Assembly: GCA_048499675.1 (NCBI GenBank)
Contig: JASNZL010000002.1
Location: 40,138 to 104,137, forward strand
Direction: 5' to 3'
Length of the DNA stretch: 64,000 nt
From: Candidatus Zambryskiibacteriota bacterium
GTDB lineage: Bacteria > Patescibacteriota > Minisyncoccia > Phycocordibacterales > WO2-35-19
Shown here: in pieces, positions 16,148 through 25,273 of the stretch
How positions within the stretch are numbered: position 1 is the first letter of the stretch
Layout: each line of letters opens with the position of its first letter
Notes under the pieces: model-generated
Seen by the model: only the letters and a program-made list of their open reading frames with translations
Told to the model about the DNA's origin: nothing
Databases searched by the model: none
Position numbers and translations under genes: made by a program

Positions 16148-18380
16148 ACAGGATACGCCGATTGAAGAATTTCAAAGACTTTCGCCTATCCAAAAGAAGG
16201 CGCTACTAAAGCTACGTCTCAAAAGTGCAATAGACCTCCTTAGATATTTTCCCCAAAGATATGGCGAAGCAACTTCTACCAAATCAATTGAATATTTAAC
16301 ACAAGGAGAAAGTGCTGTAGTTTTTGGTAAAATTTCAAACTTAAAAACAGCAAAAACTTTTAAATCAAAGACTGCAATATCAAGCGCTTCAATAGAAGAT
16401 GCAACAGGAAAAGTGAGCTTGGTTTGGTTTAATCAACCCTACATTGCAAAAATGTATTTGACTGAATCTTTGGTGCGAATTGAGGGCAAAGTATCTCAAA
16501 AAAAAACTGGTGAGTTGTATTTTTCTAATCCAAAAATAGAGAAGGTTTCAAAAATCCCAGATGGAACAAGTGACACTCTTTTTATTGGAGAAGATTTCAG
16601 TAATATGTCTCCCGTATATCCCGAAAGTAGAGGGATTACATCAAATTGGATATACCACGCAATCCAAAGGATATTTGGTAGCGGGATACTAGAAGAAATT
16701 ATTGATCCCATTCCTGAATATATTTTAAAAAAATACAATCTTCCTACAATAAAAACCGCTCTTGTTTGGATTCATTCACCAAGAAAAAAAGAGGACGCGG
16801 AAATCGCTAGAAAAAGATTTGCGTTTGAAGAAATATTTTTTATCCAACTAGATAGACAAAGGGAGAAATTCCTAGCTCAAAAAGAAAAATCATTTATTAT
16901 TTCAAAATCAAAAAAAGAAATTAGAGATTTTACTAGCAGTTTTCCTTTTCCATTAACAGGAGCACAAGACAGATCCATCGAGACAATACTTTCTGATCTA
17001 AAAGATGGAGACCCTATGTCCCGTCTTTTGGAGGGGGATGTTGGCAGTGGCAAAACTGCAGTTTCAGCAACGGCAAGTTTTGCAGTAGTAACAACCACCC
17101 CACCAAATAGAGAAGTTGGTAATTTGCAAGTAGCGTATATGGCGCCTACCGAAATATTAGCCGAACAACATTTTGAATCTTTTATTGAATATTTCAAAAA
17201 ATACAAAATACAAATCGGATTAATTACAGGGAGCGGAGCAAAAAAGTTTCCATCAAAATCAAACCGCGAACTTTGGACAAAAATATCAAAACCCCAATTA
17301 TTAAAATGGGTAGAAAATGGTGAAATTGGTGTACTTATTGGTACCCACTCACTCATACAAAAGACTGTTAAATTCAAAAATTTGGCCCTTATTATAATAG
17401 ACGAGCAACATCGTTTTGGTGTTAGTCAACGTCGTGCGTTGGCTCGCGGAAAAATGCAGAATCAAACGCAGAATAACGCAGAACAAAAAACCGCTCAAAA
17501 TTCTACAGATATTTCCGTACCTAGTTCGGTCCAGAGAGCACCCATTCCGCATTTACTTAGTATGACCGCTACTCCAATCCCTAGAACTCTAGCGCTCACA
17601 CTTTTTGGTGATTTGGATTTATCAATACTCGATGAACTACCAAAAGGAAGGCAATTGCCTCTAACAAAAATAGTCTTGCAGACCGAAAGAGAAAGTGTTT
17701 ATGAAAAAATAAGAGAAGAATTAAATTCTGGAAGACAGGCTTATGTTATTTGCCCGCGAGTAAACGACCCAGATCCAGATATGGAAACTGCAATAAATGC
17801 TAAATCAGTGAAGTCCGAAATAGAAAGATTACAAACAAAAATTTTTAAAGAGTTTAAAGTCAGAGGAATTACCGGCAAAGACAAACCCAAAGAAAAAGAA
17901 GAAGTAATGAGAGATTTCAAAGAAGGAAAATTTGATATTCTGGTGGCCACTTCTGTTGTGGAAGTTGGGGTTAATGTTCCAAACGCAACAGTAATGATAA
18001 TAGAAAACGCAGAAAGATTTGGACTTGCTCAACTTCATCAACTGAGAGGCAGAATCCTCCGAAGTTCACACAAACCATACTGCTTTGTTTTTGCAGACAG
18101 CCAAAGCCAAAAAACAGTTAGTAGATTGAAATCTTTTGTTAATGCTAAAAATGGTTTTGAGCTGGCAGAAGCCGATATGCAACAAAGAGGAATTGGTGAT
18201 TTAACAGGAGTAAAACAGTGGGGAGTATCTGACCTTGCAATGGAAGCGTTGAAAAATATAAAAATGGTTGAGTACGCAAGAGAAGAAGCAAAAAGCTTAA
18301 TAGAAAAGGATTATGAATTAAAGAATTATCCCCTACTCCGAGATAAATTATTTCAGAAAGAAGGGGTACATATGGAGTAG
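16134..18380 (+). CDS. recG: ATP-dependent DNA helicase RecG
   Basis: LLEGDVGSGKT (Walker A), IIDEQHRFGV (DEQH), LSMTATPIPRTLA, C-terminal helicase domain; contains a Gln/Asn-rich low-complexity insert. Confidence 0.85.
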   Translation: MTTIKQDTPIEEFQRLSPIQKKALLKLRLKSAIDLLRYFPQRYGEATSTKSIEYLTQGESAVVFGKISNLKTAKTFKSKTAISSASIEDATGKVSLVWFNQPYIAKMYLTESLVRIEGKVSQKKTGELYFSNPKIEKVSKIPDGTSDTLFIGEDFSNMSPVYPESRGITSNWIYHAIQRIFGSGILEEIIDPIPEYILKKYNLPTIKTALVWIHSPRKKEDAEIARKRFAFEEIFFIQLDRQREKFLAQKEKSFIISKSKKEIRDFTSSFPFPLTGAQDRSIETILSDLKDGDPMSRLLEGDVGSGKTAVSATASFAVVTTTPPNREVGNLQVAYMAPTEILAEQHFESFIEYFKKYKIQIGLITGSGAKKFPSKSNRELWTKISKPQLLKWVENGEIGVLIGTHSLIQKTVKFKNLALIIIDEQHRFGVSQRRALARGKMQNQTQNNAEQKTAQNSTDISVPSSVQRAPIPHLLSMTATPIPRTLALTLFGDLDLSILDELPKGRQLPLTKIVLQTERESVYEKIREELNSGRQAYVICPRVNDPDPDMETAINAKSVKSEIERLQTKIFKEFKVRGITGKDKPKEKEEVMRDFKEGKFDILVATSVVEVGVNVPNATVMIIENAERFGLAQLHQLRGRILRSSHKPYCFVFADSQSQKTVSRLKSFVNAKNGFELAEADMQQRGIGDLTGVKQWGVSDLAMEALKNIKMVEYAREEAKSLIEKDYELKNYPLLRDKLFQKEGVHME

Positions 18381-18727
18381 CACGACACCAATACGCGAAT
18401 TGGCACGAATGACACGAATATAGAGTTAGAAAGTTAAAAAGTTAAAAGTTTATAAAGTAACCCGCCAATCGTATAAAAGCTTAACTAAAATTCTAAATAC
18501 TAAATCCGAAATCCGACTTGTCCCGCCGAAGCTTTAGCGAAGGGGGAAACAAACTCTTAAATCCTAAATACAAAATCTTTAAATTTTAGATTTTGTTATT
18601 TGTGTATTGTTTGTAATTTGGATACTGTAATTTGGTATTTTAAAAATTATTATATTAGTAATTAGTGGGTTAAAATTAAGAATTACCCACCAATCTTACA
18701 AATAGAGAAATAAAATTTTATTTTATG

Positions 18728-18752
18728 AAACAAAAATTAGTGTGCGGGTAGG
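18728..18752. repeat. 25-bp direct repeat carrying the tRNA-Gly(UCC) 3-prime end plus 15 nt downstream (partner at 19039-19063)
   Basis: aaacaaaaattagtgtgcgggtagg occurs twice, flanking the GIY-YIG remnant; the 18728-18775 copy is also a long palindrome. Confidence 0.8.
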
Positions 18753-19038
18753 CCCGTACACTAAATTTTGTTTCGGAAAAGTTTTATTGCACTAGATATT
18801 CTTTTTAGGAGCTGACACCTAGCTTGGCCTCGAAGCTTTAGACTTGATTCTCTAGATCTTGCTTCATTATCTACACTGTAGGCTTCATAATATAGAAGTT
18901 TGAGAGGTATTCTAGATTTAGTTGATAAAACTTTTCCAGAATTATGTTCTCCTAACAGCTTCTTTAGATTATTAGTGGAGCCAATATACAAATCTCCATC
19001 CTTGAGACTTCCAAGTAATATACATAGAGCATAATTTA
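18753..19038 (-). pseudogene. degenerate GIY-YIG (YhbQ/UPF0213-like) nuclease gene lacking a start codon
   Basis: Reads ...YALCILLGSLKDGDLYIGSTNNLKKLLGEHNSGK..., homologous to the intact copy at 56633-56887 (FYVYVLKSFKDSELYIGSTNNLKRRFEEHQKG); no in-frame ATG, and a TTG start loses the GIY motif. Confidence 0.55.
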
Positions 19039-19053
19039 AAACAAAAATTAGTG

Positions 19054-19124
19054 TGCGGGTAGGGGTAATCGAAACCCCGACTCAAGTTTGGAAAACTCGC
19101 ATTTTACCACTAAACTATACCCGC
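19054..19124 (-). tRNA. tRNA-Gly (anticodon TCC)
   Basis: Reverse complement GCGGGTA-TA-GTTT-AGTGGTA-AAAT-G-CGAGT-TTTCCAA-ACTTG-AGTC-GGGGT-TTCGATT-ACCCC-TACCCGC-A. Confidence 0.8.
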
Positions 19125-19265
19125 ATTTAGACTATTCTAACACAATATTCTTTTATTCAAAATAATCACAAATATAGAAATTGAGATTATATTTCGGCTC
19201 GCGATTTGATTTTTTATTGCTTTTTTATGTGGTATATGTTATAATAAGATAAGGAGGTAGTACCT

Positions 19266-19679
19266 ATGAAAAATATTTTTTTGGCGGTTGTTGCGACCAT
19301 TCTCTTTGTGGGGGTGCTTGCGACAGCTTTTAACTGGGCGCAGGAGAGACGCGTCCAGAAAATCGAACTGCGAGCCGGAGATCTCATCGATCTCCGCGTC
19401 CAGCGAGACGCGCCCGACTGGGAAAGCGGGTGCGTGGTCCATTTTACAGAGATGAGAGGGGTCTCTGGAATTGCCCTCTTACGAGCCGAGTCCGAAATGC
19501 CTCGCTCCGTGACACGCGTAGAACGTGTCGTCGGAGACAAGGTATTCTTGAAGGTTCTCTCCGAACCCTACGGCGAATTGGCAGATTACATCTGCCCCGC
19601 CGGAAGCACTTTTCAAATTGACCTCCATCTCGCCAAGGAGGCAAAGTACCGGACCCCAAAGGGAGTGCGGATGTACTGA
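19266..19679 (+). CDS. GC-rich (~58% GC) small secreted/membrane-anchored hypothetical protein, likely horizontally acquired
   Basis: Strong SD aaggaggt 7 nt before the ATG; N-terminal signal/TM (IFLAVVATILFVGVLATA); composition contrasts sharply with neighbours; perfect terminator follows. Confidence 0.55.
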   Translation: MKNIFLAVVATILFVGVLATAFNWAQERRVQKIELRAGDLIDLRVQRDAPDWESGCVVHFTEMRGVSGIALLRAESEMPRSVTRVERVVGDKVFLKVLSEPYGELADYICPAGSTFQIDLHLAKEAKYRTPKGVRMY

Positions 19680-19687
19680 ACACTCTT

Positions 19688-19728
19688 GCTGGAGTGTCCC
19701 CAAGGGGACACTCCAGCATTTTGTTTTT
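19688..19728 (+). terminator. rho-independent terminator (gctggagtgtcccc-aagg-ggacactccagc plus T run)
   Basis: Perfect 14-bp stem followed by attttgttttt. Confidence 0.7.
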
Positions 19729-20026
19729 AGTTATTTTTCTTTATATCAAGAAGTGCATCAAAATTGTCATTCTGTGACAATTTATTTTTATGAATCTTTC
19801 CACATTTTTGGCATTTTTGAATTACTCTCCAGCCATCACCATCTTTTTCTATATCGATTGGTTCCATCATTCCACCACACTCTTCTGCCCTATCCCCCGG
19901 AAAAATATCTACATGCTTACTCCAAAGACACTTGGGGCAATGATTTGTAAATCCATTACCCAGAACTTCTGTGCTACATTTTTCACATACAAAATCTTCT
20001 TTATTCTTTTTGAATTTAGAACTCAT
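19727..20026 (-). CDS. zinc-ribbon protein (four CxxC pairs)
   Basis: CEKC...CPKC...C..C...CQKC; start placed at the internal ATG (MSSKFKK) 5 nt after the pgk stop, because the track ORF overlaps pgk. Confidence 0.5.
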   Translation of the reverse strand: MSSKFKKNKEDFVCEKCSTEVLGNGFTNHCPKCLWSKHVDIFPGDRAEECGGMMEPIDIEKDGDGWRVIQKCQKCGKIHKNKLSQNDNFDALLDIKKNN

Positions 20027-21083
20027 TATTATTTTCAAATGCCAAAATTCCCGGCAATGTTCCATTGGCAAGAAAATCGAGCATTGCTCCACCAGAGGTT
20101 GAAACAAAAATATTTTTATTGTCTTTCAAAATAGAATCGATATTTATTCCAGCATTTTTTATTACCGTATAAGTGTCACCTCCACCAATTATTACTTTTT
20201 TGTCTGATTCAAAAAGAGTCCGAGCAAGAGCAGTAGTCCCCGCAATATAACCTTTTTCATAATTACCCAAAGGACCATTCCACAAAACAAATTTTGAATC
20301 AGCTATTTTTTCATAGAGCAATTCAAGAGTTTCGGTATTTGCGTCAAGAGCATCTTTTTCTCCAACAGGAAAAATAATTTTCCCTTCAAATTCTTTTTCT
20401 CTAAATTCTCTAATCTGATATGCTCTTTTTGCCATTGCCCCACCAATAAAAATAGAATCAGCAATGTCTAAAAATTTTGTCACTAAAGGGATTTTTGTAT
20501 CAAACTTGACCCCTCCCAAAATAAACAGAAAAGGATGTTCTGGATTTAGAGCTTTTGATAAATTCTCAAATTCATTTAAAAAACTGAAGCCAGCATATGA
20601 CGGCAAAAATTTAGGTATTCCTACAATAGAAGAATGTTCTCTGTGCGAAGCCGAGAAAGCTTCGTTTACATAAATGTCTCCAAAGTCCGCAAGTTTTTTT
20701 GCAAAACCGTCATCATTTTCTTTTTCTGCCCAAAATCTCAAGTTCTCAAATACTGCAATCTCGCCACATCTCATATCTTCTATTGCCGTCTTTCCTGAGG
20801 AAGAAGAATGATTCCAAGGATCATTTACAAATCTTATCCTTATCTCAGGAAAATACTTTTCTACTTCAGGAAGCACAATTTCCAAAGACTCATCTCCGTC
20901 ACCAAAATGACTAAGCACAACGACTTTTGCACCTTTTTCAAGTAAATAATTAATAGTCTTAACACCAGAGAGAATTCTCGAAGAATCAATTATTTTCTTG
21001 TCTTCATCAATTGGTAAATTCCAATCAACTCTCACCAAAACTATTGTTCCCTTCTCTATTTTTGCTTCTTCAATTGATCTCAT
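20016..21083 (-). CDS. pgk: phosphoglycerate kinase
   Basis: RVDWNLPIDE...RI N-terminal motif, hinge GGGDT, C-terminal TSGGAMLDFL. Confidence 0.85.
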   Translation of the reverse strand: MRSIEEAKIEKGTIVLVRVDWNLPIDEDKKIIDSSRILSGVKTINYLLEKGAKVVVLSHFGDGDESLEIVLPEVEKYFPEIRIRFVNDPWNHSSSSGKTAIEDMRCGEIAVFENLRFWAEKENDDGFAKKLADFGDIYVNEAFSASHREHSSIVGIPKFLPSYAGFSFLNEFENLSKALNPEHPFLFILGGVKFDTKIPLVTKFLDIADSIFIGGAMAKRAYQIREFREKEFEGKIIFPVGEKDALDANTETLELLYEKIADSKFVLWNGPLGNYEKGYIAGTTALARTLFESDKKVIIGGGDTYTVIKNAGINIDSILKDNKNIFVSTSGGAMLDFLANGTLPGILAFENNNEF

Positions 21084-21084
21084 T

Positions 21085-21853
21085 TTATCTTTTTACATCC
21101 GCCGACTTTAAAATTTTTGAGAATTGGATAGGGTCAAGAGAAGCATGACCGACAAGAAAACCATCAACATTTCCGTATTCTATAATTGAAGGCGCGTTTT
21201 CTGGTTCAACCGACCCACCATATAATATTTTGAATGAGTTTGCTATATCTTTACCAAAAATCTCACCGGCTATTTTTTTTATTATAAGAGTCATTTCGTG
21301 TATGTCTGTTGGATTCATAGATTCTTTGTAGGATTTGCCTATCGCCCAAATTGGCTCATAAGCAATTATAAGTCCGATTAAATCTTTTTTCTCCATCGTA
21401 CTCAAACATTCTTTAATCTGAGTTTTTATAAATCCCAAATATGATGCATCATGATCTCTTTCTTTTTCTCCAATACATAATATGGGCGTAAGTTTATTCA
21501 AAAAAGCCCTCTCCATCTTTTTTCTTACTATTTCGTTTGTCTCACCACCAGCCCTTCTTTCAGAGTGTCCAACTATTACATATTTTGCTCGAGCATCACT
21601 GTTTCTTGCTAACACCTCACCAGTGTGGGCACCTTTTTTCACTTGAAGATAAATCTTGAGCACCCAAATAAAAATTCTTAGGATTACTTAATTTTGAAAA
21701 TGTATGCAAATAAGGAAAGGGTGGGCAAACACAGACTTCTACATTTTTTACACCCTGAGCACTTTTTTTGATTCCATTAAAAACCTTCTTGGCTTCAAGA
21801 AGATTTTGGGGATTCATTTTCCAATTTGCGACCACCAAACTGCGACTCTTCAT
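21085..21853 (-). pseudogene. tpiA: triosephosphate isomerase with a +1 frameshift at an A6 homopolymer (coding strand; plus-strand T run 21634-21639)
   Basis: N-terminal ORF (..VVANWKMN..LGAQDLSSSEK then RCPHW*) and C-terminal ORF (QVKKGAHTGEV..IVGHSERR..YEPIWAIG..) overlap in different frames; removing one A gives the contiguous TIM sequence ...SSSEKGAHTGEV... Confidence 0.75.
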
Positions 21854-22011
21854 ATCATTATGGTATCGCAATAACTTATAATTTACAATTCTCTCCACCT
21901 ATCAAACGGACAATAATTCCCAATGTCCCAATTTGAAAATTAAAAATTAGAAATTAATTAAAAATTTTAAAACTTGTCCTGAGAGCAACGAAGGATTAAA
22001 AATTGGAAATT

Positions 22012-23793
22012 TTATTCTACCTCTTTCCAGCTCAAAATATTGAAACCTCCCGTTGGTCCAGATGAAAAATTTAAATCAGCAAGACCTGTTTCGTAGTTTA
22101 CTTGACCACCTCCAGAAATAATTATTTTATATGCCATCATAGCTTTGGCGCTTGTTCCTCCATTCATTTGTAGCGCTCCATAAGGAGCGGCGAGGACCAC
22201 AGCTCCAGAACCGCCCGAAATACTCAGTGCGTTGTTTTCAGAACACAAAGCATCATATGGGCAAACACTTGTTGTGACTACAAGCGGATAACTCCCCGTC
22301 TGACCAGATCCTGAAAACTGCCCGTTACCCGAAATACTCACCCTCCCATCCACCACCAAAACCCCACTTCTATTTCCATAGGAAGAATCAAGTTTAATTT
22401 TGCCTCCACCAGAAACAGTTACCGTACCGGTAACCCAGATTGTACCTGTTACATTCAATGTGCCACCGCCAGCAATACTTAAATCCCCATTTATTTTTGT
22501 AGGACCAAGAGTTGCTCCCGCCCATCCAACTGAATAATCACCATTATATACTCCTCCCGCTTCCGCCTCATCTTTCCATCCATTTATATTTGATTCTGAT
22601 ACGGGGAAATTTTGTGGTGAAGGATCACTTCTTGAAGTGTTGCAAGACTTACCATTATTCATAGTGCCATTTTGACAATATATTGTGCCATAAGTATTTG
22701 TACTATTAACTGTATTTGCCCAAGAATCACCTCCTTTTGTTCCAACTCTTAAGTAATCATAACCATCGCCTTCTATTTTTGAAACGAATCCATTTAGATA
22801 TATTTCAAAATAACCATCAAGACCAACAGGACTTGTATTGTTCCAACTTGAGCCCACTCTTCCGATTTTTGCCACACCATTTGCATAGTTTGTATTTGCC
22901 CCTATTGTGTAATATCGGCTTGAATTTGTTCCTCCATCAAGCACCACCCAATATGTAGTGCCTTCATTTAAAGGAATATAAGAACCAAAAACAACATCAA
23001 CCCAACCATATGATGTTGATACAAGACCTGCAGATAGAGTCGCTGAATCAAGGGTAGTAGAGCCGGGTACTCCACCATTATCAGTCACAATTCTAACTGT
23101 TAGATTATTTGGCGCACTTGAGGTTCTCCTTAAATAAAAACTTGCTTTGTTTAGTGGTCCTGACTCATTAACTACAAAACTCTGGGCAAAATCTTGGGTG
23201 GCATTATTATTACCAAAAATTATTTGATTTGGTGGAGTTGTTGGTGAATTGTTTGTTTGGTTGGCTGAAATAACAGGTGTATTAGCAGCTGTTGCAGAAC
23301 CTGTTATTGTAGAGCCCCCATCCCCTATAATATTTCCGTTTGAATAAACATTACCATCCACTGTTGATCCTCCATCAATAAAAAAACCTCCATTTCCTGT
23401 CTGTAAAGCAAAATTAAAAGCCACTCCTTCACCTATTACCAGAGCTGTCTCAATCTTTCTTGTATAATCTTCTCTGTTTGATATGGATGTAATAATTTTG
23501 TTACCTGAAACATCATCCGAAATTGAAGTAACAATATTTTCACCATCCAACACAAGATTATTATTTTCTGCTACAGTTATTCCATTTTTGATTCTATAAA
23601 TAACATCCTCAACCCCCGACTCAGCAAAATAATAACTTTTTTTAGTCTCACTAAAATTCTTCATTGCTTGCAAATGACTGAGTACTGGATTAACTATACC
23701 CATTGTTGCAATGATTGATACGGTAATAAAAATCACAATCATTATTATCATTGCTTGGCCTGAATTTTGTTTTGATTGTTTTGAATTCATCAT
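22012..23793 (-). CDS. large pilus-associated protein (N-terminal TM anchor, Gly/Asn/Thr/Ser-rich)
   Basis: 593 aa, a single N-terminal hydrophobic helix followed by beta-rich low-complexity repeats; adjacent to the prepilin genes. Confidence 0.45.
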   Translation of the reverse strand: MMNSKQSKQNSGQAMIIMIVIFITVSIIATMGIVNPVLSHLQAMKNFSETKKSYYFAESGVEDVIYRIKNGITVAENNNLVLDGENIVTSISDDVSGNKIITSISNREDYTRKIETALVIGEGVAFNFALQTGNGGFFIDGGSTVDGNVYSNGNIIGDGGSTITGSATAANTPVISANQTNNSPTTPPNQIIFGNNNATQDFAQSFVVNESGPLNKASFYLRRTSSAPNNLTVRIVTDNGGVPGSTTLDSATLSAGLVSTSYGWVDVVFGSYIPLNEGTTYWVVLDGGTNSSRYYTIGANTNYANGVAKIGRVGSSWNNTSPVGLDGYFEIYLNGFVSKIEGDGYDYLRVGTKGGDSWANTVNSTNTYGTIYCQNGTMNNGKSCNTSRSDPSPQNFPVSESNINGWKDEAEAGGVYNGDYSVGWAGATLGPTKINGDLSIAGGGTLNVTGTIWVTGTVTVSGGGKIKLDSSYGNRSGVLVVDGRVSISGNGQFSGSGQTGSYPLVVTTSVCPYDALCSENNALSISGGSGAVVLAAPYGALQMNGGTSAKAMMAYKIIISGGGQVNYETGLADLNFSSGPTGGFNILSWKEVE

Positions 23794-23794
23794 T

Positions 23795-24316
23795 TTAATA
23801 TGAGTTTCTTAGAACAGAAAAGCTTCTTAATGCTATACTTTTAACTGAATTTCCGTTTCCAGTCTCAACTTGAATAAAAATCCTAACGCCTTCAGAATTA
23901 GAATTTTGTAAATAATCATAAACCAAACCAGTTACTCTTACTTTGCTTGAAGTAAGGTTTGAAACTTCACCAGAAACCAAATTAGTCATCTGTAAAACAT
24001 TTTCGTCATTTACACCAAAAGCAATATTCTTAACCATTCCACCATCATCAGTACCACTCAGAGCCAGACTCCCAAAATTAGAACCAAAAACAGAATTCGC
24101 CACATCTACCAACTCTGCGTTTCTAATTTCCCTTGTCATTATTGACATAGCGCCCGACACAGATGATTCAATCAATTTATCGGCGAGTGTTGCTCTGTGC
24201 AAATTTAACAGACTAACTAAGGATTGAGCAACGATACCAACAATCAAAACCAGAATAGTCGCATAAAGCAAAGTTTCAATTATTGTTATTCCTTTTTTTA
24301 AAAAAAACTTTCTCAT
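23795..24316 (-). CDS. prepilin-type (class III signal) pseudopilin
   Basis: N-term MRKFFLKKG-ITIIETLLYATILV. Confidence 0.6.
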   Translation of the reverse strand: MRKFFLKKGITIIETLLYATILVLIVGIVAQSLVSLLNLHRATLADKLIESSVSGAMSIMTREIRNAELVDVANSVFGSNFGSLALSGTDDGGMVKNIAFGVNDENVLQMTNLVSGEVSNLTSSKVRVTGLVYDYLQNSNSEGVRIFIQVETGNGNSVKSIALRSFSVLRNSY

Positions 24317-24326
24317 TAACCATTAA

Positions 24327-24812
24327 TTAATTTCCAAATATATCTGCGATATAAGCACTCACTTCCCTAGTGCTTGTACCACTCTTGCTCAACCACTCCA
24401 CTTTCATTTGTAAAAATTTTGTTCCAGCATCAAGCCCCCCTCCGGTTTCTACAATATTACCGTTTACATCTCTCAACACATCGTAAACTCTAAAGGATCT
24501 ATAATATCCATTTGTATTTTGAGCAACTGTTGTAGCTACCCAACCACTATTAAATATTAAGTAGTAATCTGTATTTGGAATTAAGGGGTCTATGTTTGAG
24601 GTCCACGAATCATCTCTCATATATTTCAAAGCTTCTATTCCCTCTTCAGCCAAAAAAGAAGCTTGTATATAATGTTTGTTTCTTTTTGAAATCTCGGCAT
24701 AAAATGCATTCACAGACAAAGACAACAAAACAAAAATTGCAATTATTGATATCACTACAACTGCCTCAACCATTCCAAACCCTCTAATTTTATTTCTATT
24801 CTTAGATTTCAT
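24327..24812 (-). CDS. prepilin-type N-terminal cleavage/methylation domain protein
   Basis: RG-FGMVEAVVVISIIAIFVL. Confidence 0.6.
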   Translation of the reverse strand: MKSKNRNKIRGFGMVEAVVVISIIAIFVLLSLSVNAFYAEISKRNKHYIQASFLAEEGIEALKYMRDDSWTSNIDPLIPNTDYYLIFNSGWVATTVAQNTNGYYRSFRVYDVLRDVNGNIVETGGGLDAGTKFLQMKVEWLSKSGTSTREVSAYIADIFGN

Positions 24813-24817
24813 TTATA

Positions 24818-25267
24818 TTATTCTATCACTCCACTTGGTAATACAAAAATGGTTGTTGAGGAAGTAGAACTATTTTTTACTTTCAATTCAAAACTTCCAT
24901 GATTACCCGTATCCCCATTAAATCTAGAAAAAATTATTTGTGTCCCTCCTCCATTCAAATTTATATTAGAAATCTCAATCGATGAATGCAGATTATGAGT
25001 TTTGTTTTGAGGATCGTTTGGAACATAATTATTTCCCATAAATAGAGTTACCCCAGATGCTTCTAAATAGACACCGTATTTACTAGCGTTTTTTGATGAC
25101 ATAGAAAGCGATCTTGCCTCTTCCAAAATAGCGATTACTCCTTCTCTATCTTTCATCATTCTATCTGTACTTCTATCACCAAAAACAAAAAGAACTGCAA
25201 CTGCGAGCAAAATCATTATCCCCATAGAAATCAATATTTCCGCCAAAGTAAATCCTTTTGTTTTCAT
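24818..25267 (-). CDS. type IV pilin-like protein
   Basis: MKTKG-FTLAEILISMGIMILLAV. Confidence 0.65.
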   Translation of the reverse strand: MKTKGFTLAEILISMGIMILLAVAVLFVFGDRSTDRMMKDREGVIAILEEARSLSMSSKNASKYGVYLEASGVTLFMGNNYVPNDPQNKTHNLHSSIEISNINLNGGGTQIIFSRFNGDTGNHGSFELKVKNSSTSSTTIFVLPSGVIE

Positions 25268-25273
25268 ATTTTT

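Noticed and set aside
19239-19719. Several minus- and plus-strand ORFs overlapping the GC-rich gene (19214-19540, 19430-19621, 19444-19719, 19479-19703)
   Set aside because: High GC content inflates spurious ORFs; only 19266-19679 has a strong SD, a signal peptide and a terminator
21085-21898. Calling the two tpiA pieces as separate genes
   Set aside because: They are the N- and C-terminal parts of a single TIM barrel joined by a 1-nt frameshift in an A6 run
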